Shown here in pieces: positions 25,635-32,982 of a DNA stretch of 64,000 nucleotides. The DNA is from Patescibacteria group bacterium (lineage in GTDB: Bacteria > Patescibacteriota > Patescibacteriia > Patescibacteriales > UBA12465). Numbering within the stretch: position 1 is the stretch's first letter; the number at the start of each line of letters is the position of its first letter. The position numbers were made by a program, and so were the translations under genes. The notes below the pieces were generated by a model. It was not told where the DNA came from and made no database searches. It saw nothing but the letters and a program-made list of their open reading frames with translations. The stretch is taken from assembly GCA_041650715.1 (NCBI GenBank), contig JBAZKQ010000001.1, positions 454,945 through 518,944 of the forward strand. The letters run 5' to 3'.

Positions 25635-26612
25635 TTAAATTCGATTTAATTTCTTAGCATATTCAATCATTTTCTTACTTTTGCCGTAATCGGTAAACAT
25701 TAACTTAGGATTAGGCACGAAACCATAGCGCCATAGATCAAGCCTATCCGCGTCCCAGCATGTTTGAATCGTTATATCATCACTTTCAGCGTTGTGTTTA
25801 TTATGTAGGCTCAAGGCCTTAATGAGTTGCTCAAACTGCCTTGGCGTTAAACTTACTAATTTAGCTTCGACTAGTTCCTTTAATAAAACAGCTGCCCGCA
25901 CTCCATGGTCAGGATCATCATCTTCATTTTCCCTTCTGGCATCATGTAAGTAAGCAAACAAGGAAATAACATTTTTATCGGCTGCATTTTCCTTAGCAAT
26001 CTTTAAGCCAAATTTTTCGACTCTTTTCCAGTGGCAAAGCCCGTGGACTGAGTTTTTAGGTAAAACGAGACCACGTGTAAATATTGAATTACTTATAATT
26101 TTGCTTATTCCTGTTACATTACCCCCAATTAAATTTGCGAAAGGCAATTTCCCTTCATGGCCGTGTTTAAAATATTTAAGTAATTTTCTTTCCGTTTCAG
26201 ATGGCTCATCATCCTCTTTCCAATAAACTCCCATGTCCCCGGGATTAGCTATTTGCCATATATATCTACCACCATAATGTGCAATGTTATGCCCTAACCC
26301 AAATAAAATATATTGCTTTATTCTTCCTCTTAGGTTTGCGCCCGTACAATCACCACCCGCCTTACCAATATATATAATCTGTTCTTCGCCATCTTTAAAC
26401 GTTACCCATTTAGAAATAAGCTTTTCAACTGAGACATTTGTTATTCTCTTGCGCCATGGCTCAGGACCACTGCCCGGATCCTTGAAGTCAGGCATTCCAC
26501 TTTTCTTATATACAACGACATATACCCCCTTCGTCTCTGGGGCGTCGGAACACTTGCCGATATCTTTTAATAACTCCCCAACCGTATTTAAATACTTGAA
26601 TTTTTCTAACAT
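25635..26612 (-). CDS. GIY-YIG-like nuclease domain fused to an HD-domain phosphohydrolase
   Basis: N-terminal half: KGVYVVVY...IIYIGKAG...LRGRIKQY...ETERKLLKYF...LPFANL. C-terminal half: HWKRVEKFG...AYLHDARRE...DHG...WDADRLDL. Confidence 0.6.
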   Translation of the reverse strand: MLEKFKYLNTVGELLKDIGKCSDAPETKGVYVVVYKKSGMPDFKDPGSGPEPWRKRITNVSVEKLISKWVTFKDGEEQIIYIGKAGGDCTGANLRGRIKQYILFGLGHNIAHYGGRYIWQIANPGDMGVYWKEDDEPSETERKLLKYFKHGHEGKLPFANLIGGNVTGISKIISNSIFTRGLVLPKNSVHGLCHWKRVEKFGLKIAKENAADKNVISLFAYLHDARRENEDDDPDHGVRAAVLLKELVEAKLVSLTPRQFEQLIKALSLHNKHNAESDDITIQTCWDADRLDLWRYGFVPNPKLMFTDYGKSKKMIEYAKKLNRI

Positions 26613-27592
26613 ATAATTACTTTAAGGATAGATGTATTTTTCCTTAAATTCATTTCTAATTTCCCGCCAATGGGCAAGGTCAACATCGGATCGGTGTGCC
26701 CAAAATCAACATTGGCTAAAACAGGAATATTTCTTAATTCAGTTCTTGAATTAATAATGTATTTAATTTTTTTCAGATCCATCTCGCATTTAAGCGGAAA
26801 ACGGCCAACAATTATTCCTTTTATATGTTTAGAATCCGGCAAATGCAATACTGACTGAAGATTGCGGCAGAACTCACCGAAACAATCTTCGCCCGCCAAA
26901 TCATCATCTTCAATTAACAATATCGAATTTTTTAAACTTGGCATAAACACTGTCCCCTGCAGTAAATTTAAAGAACACAGGTTACCGCCGATTATTGTTC
27001 CGCTCGCCTTGCCTTCGTTAATTATTTTATATCCCTTATTAGTATAGAAAGTCCGATTTTCCTGGTCATGGTACCATTTATCATCACTCCATTTTTTGCT
27101 TGGAGAAATTATATATTTTTCGGACGAGAAAAGTGCTTTCTCAAAATATTCCAAGGTGTAATCTAAACCCATCTTCATACCAAACTTAAAATAATTCGGA
27201 CCGAAATATGTCGTCATCCCCGTCTGGCGATAAATGGCGTTCAGTAAAACCGTGATGTCCGAGGAACCGATTATCGGTTTTGGATTGTTCTTGATAATTT
27301 TCCAATCAATGTGGCTCAATAAATCATTTGAATTATAGCCGCCGGTCAAACAAATAATTGCCTTTATACTCTTATCTTTAAAGGCATTATGTAAATCATT
27401 AAGTCTGTCCTGCAAAGAAGATGTCCCGTATAAATTAACCTTACCAGAGTTCTTAGCGTATTTAATACTAAGCCCAAAGTATTTTTCGAAATTAACTCTG
27501 GCCAGATTAAAGACTGCCGAATCCGTTTTTAGCGACCCCGAAGGAGAAATAACCATGACCGAGTCGCCATTATTTAATTTGAATTTGCTCAT
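26606..27592 (-). CDS. S66 LD-carboxypeptidase / MccF-like serine peptidase
   Basis: VISPSGS, IIGSSDITVLLNAIY (nucleophile Ser), LIEDDD, VDFGHTDP. Confidence 0.8.
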   Translation of the reverse strand: MSKFKLNNGDSVMVISPSGSLKTDSAVFNLARVNFEKYFGLSIKYAKNSGKVNLYGTSSLQDRLNDLHNAFKDKSIKAIICLTGGYNSNDLLSHIDWKIIKNNPKPIIGSSDITVLLNAIYRQTGMTTYFGPNYFKFGMKMGLDYTLEYFEKALFSSEKYIISPSKKWSDDKWYHDQENRTFYTNKGYKIINEGKASGTIIGGNLCSLNLLQGTVFMPSLKNSILLIEDDDLAGEDCFGEFCRNLQSVLHLPDSKHIKGIIVGRFPLKCEMDLKKIKYIINSRTELRNIPVLANVDFGHTDPMLTLPIGGKLEMNLRKNTSILKVIIC

Positions 27593-27650
27593 ACGTGTTT
27601 TTAACAGAAGTTATTATCTATATTTAATTATAACACTCGCGCCGAAATAA

Positions 27651-28232
27651 TTATAACAAAGTCTTCTCTGCTTGTTGATATACATGACCGAGCTCATCGA
27701 CTATCGGATTATCCAATTTCGCTTTTAGGACCTTAAATATTTCCTCATATAACCAGAGCTTCTTCTCTTTCGGGGAGTTAAAATGTGCCCAAAGCTCTTC
27801 GCCCTTTTCCCTGTAAGCGTTAATCATTGACTGAAGATTATGAATTTTGTCGGCTGCGCAAACTATTAACGATTCCTCACTATCATCATAAAGTCCGTCT
27901 AAATATTTTTGCTTTCTTGCCTCCCAAGTTGCCTTTTCATCACTTTCAACGTTAGGATCTTTATCCTCACTTACCCCCTGAACAATCTCGGCCACCTTTT
28001 CGCCAAAATCTCGTTTAAGGTCTTCGTAGTAGTAACCTTTAACGTCCTCCAGAACGTCATGGAGCAGGCCACCAATGATTATATCTTCGTCTTCGGTATA
28101 ATTACTCAATATCCAGGCAACCGAGAAGGGGTGGCTGATATAGGGCAAATCATCATCACCCTTGCGCGTCTGCCCGAGATGCAGACGGCTCGCTAAATTA
28201 ACTGCTTTTTGTATTCTTGGACTTAATTTCAT
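27651..28232 (-). CDS. Small alarmone hydrolase-like HD protein (RelA/SpoT hydrolase domain only)
   Basis: AVNLASRLHLGQTRKGDDDLPYISHPFSVAWIL...GLLHDVLEDV...DKIHNL. Confidence 0.8.
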   Translation of the reverse strand: MKLSPRIQKAVNLASRLHLGQTRKGDDDLPYISHPFSVAWILSNYTEDEDIIIGGLLHDVLEDVKGYYYEDLKRDFGEKVAEIVQGVSEDKDPNVESDEKATWEARKQKYLDGLYDDSEESLIVCAADKIHNLQSMINAYREKGEELWAHFNSPKEKKLWLYEEIFKVLKAKLDNPIVDELGHVYQQAEKTLL

Positions 28233-28710
28233 ATTCGTATTCGCTTAAATGATTAATAATGAAGTTGGCAGCATTAATTATGTTCTTCTTGTTTCTTAAC
28301 ATATTTCCGCCCGATTCATAAAATAGAACTGGGGCTGCACCATTTATTTCTTCCGGCCTACTTACCATTGAAGTTATAAAGGCATTTAGATGGCTTGACT
28401 GGTCAGACAATACTCCGGTTATTCTTCCCAGTCTAATGCCAATATGCTCATTAGCAACTTTATATCTCGTTACTCCCGGATCGAATATAAAGAGCGCGAA
28501 TTCTTCACAGACTTCTAGTGCCTGGCTCCGAATAAAATCTATGCCTCTAAAATACTCTCCTATTATAGCATTTATTTCCATTAAAGCTTTCGGGGCGAGA
28601 CTAAGGCGCGGTAATTCTTTCGCCATGTAAAGCAGATTGTCGCAAATCTCGTTAATCTGCCAATAGATTTCCGAACTCTTTTCTTTCATTTTGTTTTCGA
28701 TATTTTTCAT
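28198..28710 (-). CDS. Hypothetical protein, first gene of the leader-controlled operon
   Basis: AGGAGG (28724-28719) lies 8 nt before the ATG at 28710. The GTG at 28719 in the ORF track is part of the SD. The 3' end overlaps the HD gene by 35 nt. Confidence 0.55.
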   Translation of the reverse strand: MKNIENKMKEKSSEIYWQINEICDNLLYMAKELPRLSLAPKALMEINAIIGEYFRGIDFIRSQALEVCEEFALFIFDPGVTRYKVANEHIGIRLGRITGVLSDQSSHLNAFITSMVSRPEEINGAAPVLFYESGGNMLRNKKNIINAANFIINHLSEYEYEIKSKNTKSS

Positions 28711-28738
28711 ATTTATCACCTCCTTACTAGCTTAACCA

Positions 28739-28927
28739 CAAAAAAAGCGGCTAAGAGATTTCACCAAAAGATATAAATATCTCTATAGTTGAAATCTCCC
28801 AACCGCCTTAACGATTAGTCATTTATTTCATCTGGCTTGCCGCAGATTTCCCAGCTTGCCTATCCGCTTATAGCGGAAGAAATAAATGGCGCCTTTATCC
28901 TTAGCGCGAAGTAGGGTTGTTAATTAT
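28739..28927 (-). promoter_or_regulatory. Structured leader RNA (riboswitch or attenuator candidate, class unknown) ending in an intrinsic terminator
   Basis: A 10-bp closing helix CAUUUAUUUC/GAAAUAAAUG (28888-28879 with 28829-28820) encloses a 3-way junction (UCCGC-UAUAA-GCGGA; CUGG...CCAG). A 17-bp terminator stem plus U7 follows (28806-28739). The GAAAUCU inside the junction equals the terminator 3' arm. Confidence 0.5.
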
Positions 28928-28933
28928 GTTAGT

Positions 28934-28962
28934 AGTATAGCAAAAATAAGCATTAACGGCAA
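28934..28962 (-). promoter_or_regulatory. Sigma-70 promoter of the leader and operon
   Basis: Minus strand reads TTGCCG-17-TATACT. Confidence 0.5.
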
Positions 28963-29071
28963 GTTTACTAACTTAAGTATGTAATACAGCGGGGCTCCGC
29001 AGATTACATATTTACGGAATTATTTAATATATATCCGGCGATCAAGATAAGCCTGGATAAACTAAGCAAAA

Positions 29072-29794
29072 TTAAGTTAACGACCACGTCCAACTAGTTC
29101 TATAAACGACCTTATTATCTTTTGATGTCCAAATTCTTTTCTCCCACATATCAGTTTTCGGATCACCTCCAAATTTACTAGATTCATTCATGTCTTTATA
29201 AACATCCTCGCCTATATAAATATGATATTGACCTTCAGAAAGAGATGACAGTTTCACCGCATAATTAGTGGCATTACCAACCCAAACTAAATCATTGTTA
29301 TTTTCACCTCTAATACCGCCCCTTACTATTAAAACTTTTCCGACCTCTATTCCTATCCCGAAATCAAATTCTAGATCACTCAATTGATTATTATTACTAA
29401 AATAGGTATCTAATTTAGGCTTTAAAACTTTTAAACAAAACCAGCTCATTTGCATAGCTGCTTTTGCTGCATTAGTTCTTTTTGACCCTCCGCTAAAAAC
29501 AATTAAAACACCGTCACCGTTAAAGCTTCTCAATTCTCCATTATTAAACTTTGCAATTTTTGCAACTCCATATAAAAACGATTTATACATTTTTGCGGCA
29601 GTAGTTCTCCTGAAACCGTCCACAATTTTTGTAGACTCTCTAATATCAATAAACAACATCGCCAATTCCATCTCCCTACCTTTTTTACCAAATTCCAAAT
29701 CTCCAACATCAGGCACAACAGTGCCTTGAGTTATTTCATAGTTACCATCAAAAAAATCATCAACAGCTTTTTCTATATCGGCCTTATTACTCAT
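29072..29794 (-). CDS. Stand-alone class III nucleotidyl cyclase (Pycsar PycC-like)
   Basis: MELAMLFIDIRESTKI (metal Asp), FNGDGVLIVF (second metal Asp), VWVGNATNYAVKL. It is 240 aa with no sensor domain and lies 3 nt after the small TM protein gene. Confidence 0.75.
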   Translation of the reverse strand: MSNKADIEKAVDDFFDGNYEITQGTVVPDVGDLEFGKKGREMELAMLFIDIRESTKIVDGFRRTTAAKMYKSFLYGVAKIAKFNNGELRSFNGDGVLIVFSGGSKRTNAAKAAMQMSWFCLKVLKPKLDTYFSNNNQLSDLEFDFGIGIEVGKVLIVRGGIRGENNNDLVWVGNATNYAVKLSSLSEGQYHIYIGEDVYKDMNESSKFGGDPKTDMWEKRIWTSKDNKVVYRTSWTWSLT

Positions 29795-29797
29795 ATG

Positions 29798-30292
29798 CTA
29801 AAAAATTTTTACAAGAAAAAAAATGAAAATAATTATAAATGACAAAATAAAAATTGACACAGACTCTGAAAAAAATTTTAATTTTTTATTCACTATTAAA
29901 GAAGAAATATATATCTGATCTAGCAAATCATCTTTATAATCATCATCGTCATAAGCGATCATTTTTTCTTTATACTTTTTTAAACTGTTTTTTGCGATTG
30001 AGCCAAAATAAATCATAGACTCTTTACCCGTGCTAACTTTAACTGTCGGTAAAATCGAAAAAATTGTTTTTAATACACTATAAAAACACAGTATTAATAC
30101 TAATATCAATATAACGATATCGAAGCAGCTTACATTTTTAATATATGAAACAAATTTTTCAAAGTCAGTGCTGGAAATAATTATAGTTAAACAGACACCC
30201 TGAAAAGCAAGCCAAATACTTGACTTTTGGTCAGCGGATCTTATCCATTCATGTATTACACTTAAATTATTTTCCAAGTTTTCCTTATTCAT
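29798..30292 (-). CDS. Small three-TM protein (Pycsar PycTM-like effector candidate)
   Basis: 164 aa. N-terminal IHEWIRSADQKSSIWLAFQG, then three hydrophobic helices. It sits between res and the cyclase with 3-nt gaps. Confidence 0.5.
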   Translation of the reverse strand: MNKENLENNLSVIHEWIRSADQKSSIWLAFQGVCLTIIISSTDFEKFVSYIKNVSCFDIVILILVLILCFYSVLKTIFSILPTVKVSTGKESMIYFGSIAKNSLKKYKEKMIAYDDDDYKDDLLDQIYISSLIVNKKLKFFSESVSIFILSFIIIFIFFLVKIF

Positions 30293-30295
30293 AGT

Positions 30296-32977
30296 TTATT
30301 TTGAATAAATATCTATAAAAGACTGATAGTTATCAATCTCCTTATAATTAACCTTTATAACTTCAAAATGCTTTTTAGCGGATTCTATTTTCGCTTTTTC
30401 TGTTGGACGTAAATTATCAATGTCACCCTTAGTTTCAATCACAAAATACACCTTTTCACTTTCGTTTCCTCTTAGGTCACGCTTAGCTGTAACTATAGCC
30501 CAATCAGGATTATAACTTCCAACAGGAGTCTCAACCTTATACCAATTAGGCATCTTAATAAACAACTTAATTTGTTCATCATGTTCAAGGTCTAGGGCAA
30601 AATTCATTTCTACATCAGAATCATGAACAATGGCATCGTAAATAGACCTAGTAACTGGCAAGGTAGAATCCTTATAGCTTTCAAGCGTTTTAAATTCCTC
30701 TACTTTATAAGAATCAGAAATTACTTCATAGCTCACTTGCTCAACATAGGTCTTTACAAGTTCCTGTTTAATAATTTTACTTGCCTCAACAATGAAACGA
30801 TCAGGATTATTGAAGAAGGCCTCCCAATTATTTGCTTTAAGCACTATATCGGCAACAGTAGCCCGAGTAAGACGAGTTTGTGTCTTAATTTCGGAGATAC
30901 AGTCAATCGTTCTGCTTTGTGTGGCCACTATTTCGCCTGATTCGGACCCCAGAGCAAGAGATTTAACTCCTTCCACGGATATATTGATACCAGCACGCTC
31001 AACGCGAATGTGGGGCTTTTGTAGTCGAATCTCAGAAACAGCCTTTGCGGAATTAGTAATTAGTGATTCCGTGTTTACTTTTACTAAGTAACGAGTCTTT
31101 TTTGAAATACGGTCCCACAATTCCTTAAAGTTTTCATCTTTTTGAAAACCGGGCTTAAGTACGATCTTGCTGCGCTGTTTTGCATTGTAAGGCAACTGAG
31201 GTGTCTTATAAATACCATCTTCTTGGAATTCTGCCTGCAAACTTGCGACGTAGTCGGCATAACTTATATTGGCGATAACTGAAAGTAAGTTAATGTGCCT
31301 ATCAAAAATACGATCACCGTCTTGATTGACGCAAAGACGCATGCCGCGACCAATCTCTTGCCGCTTCTTCATGGTTGAAGTTGTTTCGTTTAAAGTACAG
31401 ATATTAAACACATTAGGATTATCCCAACCCTCTCGGAGTGCTGAATGGGAGAAAATAAACTCGACAGGCTCAGAAAAAGACAAAAGACGTTCCTTATCCT
31501 TCATGATAAGCTCATAGGCTTCATCATTTTTCTCAATAGCTGATTCTTGTTCAACAAAACTACCATCCTTCTTTTTCGCAAAATATCCGGTATGAAGTGA
31601 ATCAGTGGAATTCTGCCCTAGCGTAAACGTGTCTTTTACTTTTGATAATTCTTCTGTAAATATCTTACGAATTAATCCATCAGCGCCGGCATAGTTTGCA
31701 ACTTTATCAATAAAGAAAAGACTAAGCACTTTAATATCAGAGTCTTTATATTTTTGTTTTTTCTCAATGTGAAGTCGGATAGTCTCAGAAATTTGTCTTC
31801 GCCATATATCTTCCTTATTTTGATTAATTGCAGTCCCTCTAGAAAGAATAAACCCATTGGTAAAATGTACTTTACCCTCAGAGCCAAACTCAGGCGCATC
31901 AGCATCTATATTCGAAACCACATATCCGCTATAAGCCTTGTTATTAGTTATATTTACAAGATCATCTCCTTTTTTTAAATTAATCGCCTTAATTTTTCTA
32001 TTACCATCACCATCTGCAAATGCGAGTTCAGCTTTTGCTTTAATGCCACTGGCGGTTTTTGCTGGTTTCGCTTCAACAAAAACCATATGAGGAGTAGAGC
32101 TACCACTATCGTCATCCGTTACAGAGAAAACCTCTATTTTTTTAACAAGACCTAACTGGTAAGCGTCATATGGGGTAAGCTGATGAACAAGGTTATATAG
32201 ATTTTTATGAGTAGCAGAATAACGCAAACGGAATAATGCATTGAAATTTTCAAGAGCTTTCTTTGTTGCTTCACCCTCCATATTTTGAGGCTCATCAAGA
32301 ATAAGGATTGGATTAGTCTTTTTAATAAACTCGATTGGTTGTTCGCCTTGCATTTGGTCCCGGACACCATAAAGAACATTAGCATCTTTATTAAACGCTC
32401 CAACTGTCATGACCATGATATTAATCACACTGCTATCAGCAAAATGACGAACTTGAGATATATTCTTTGATTTGTATTCATAAAATCTAAAAGGGGTATT
32501 TGCATACAATTCTTTGAAGTGATCTTCGGTAATTTTGAGGGTTTTAATAACACCCTCGCGGATAGCAACGGAAGGTACTAAAATAATAAACTTCTTCCAG
32601 CCATACTTTTGATTAAGCTCAAAGATAGTTCGCAAATAAACATAAGTCTTACCCGTACCGGTTTCCATCTCAATTGAGATGTCTTTAACATTCGCTTCAA
32701 GACCGATAGGTGATCCTTCTTCAGTAAGTAAAGCAAAACCATCTTCGGTTAAAAGTTTATCCCCACCTGAGATTGCTAAATTTTGCGCTTTTTGACAATT
32801 CTGAATGTTTTTTAATATATCGTCATCTGATAAAGTCATTAGATTTGGATAAATACCAAATAAACCAGCTCCAGCTATAGTCTGTTCTGTAGTTTTTTCT
32901 TGCCCATCAAAACAATCAACTACTGAGTTGATGGCTTGTAATTGGAATTCTTGGTTTGGGTCAAACTTAAATTTCAT
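30296..32977 (-). CDS. res: Type III restriction enzyme Res subunit (SF2 helicase plus PD-(D/E)xK nuclease)
   Basis: METGTGKTYVY (Walker A), ILDEPQNM (motif II), SALREGWDNPNV (motif VI), C-terminal YNPDWAIV...YFVIETKG. Confidence 0.9.
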   Translation of the reverse strand: MKFKFDPNQEFQLQAINSVVDCFDGQEKTTEQTIAGAGLFGIYPNLMTLSDDDILKNIQNCQKAQNLAISGGDKLLTEDGFALLTEEGSPIGLEANVKDISIEMETGTGKTYVYLRTIFELNQKYGWKKFIILVPSVAIREGVIKTLKITEDHFKELYANTPFRFYEYKSKNISQVRHFADSSVINIMVMTVGAFNKDANVLYGVRDQMQGEQPIEFIKKTNPILILDEPQNMEGEATKKALENFNALFRLRYSATHKNLYNLVHQLTPYDAYQLGLVKKIEVFSVTDDDSGSSTPHMVFVEAKPAKTASGIKAKAELAFADGDGNRKIKAINLKKGDDLVNITNNKAYSGYVVSNIDADAPEFGSEGKVHFTNGFILSRGTAINQNKEDIWRRQISETIRLHIEKKQKYKDSDIKVLSLFFIDKVANYAGADGLIRKIFTEELSKVKDTFTLGQNSTDSLHTGYFAKKKDGSFVEQESAIEKNDEAYELIMKDKERLLSFSEPVEFIFSHSALREGWDNPNVFNICTLNETTSTMKKRQEIGRGMRLCVNQDGDRIFDRHINLLSVIANISYADYVASLQAEFQEDGIYKTPQLPYNAKQRSKIVLKPGFQKDENFKELWDRISKKTRYLVKVNTESLITNSAKAVSEIRLQKPHIRVERAGINISVEGVKSLALGSESGEIVATQSRTIDCISEIKTQTRLTRATVADIVLKANNWEAFFNNPDRFIVEASKIIKQELVKTYVEQVSYEVISDSYKVEEFKTLESYKDSTLPVTRSIYDAIVHDSDVEMNFALDLEHDEQIKLFIKMPNWYKVETPVGSYNPDWAIVTAKRDLRGNESEKVYFVIETKGDIDNLRPTEKAKIESAKKHFEVIKVNYKEIDNYQSFIDIYSK

Positions 32978-32982
32978 AATTA

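Noticed and set aside
28198-28710. Interpreting the 171-aa protein upstream of the HD hydrolase as a toxSAS (small alarmone synthetase toxin) with a SAH antitoxin
   Set aside because: The gene arrangement is suggestive. However, the protein shows none of the RelA/SpoT synthetase motifs (RxKxxxSxxxK, DxxGxR, EIQIRT) on inspection. It is kept only as an open possibility in the operon finding.
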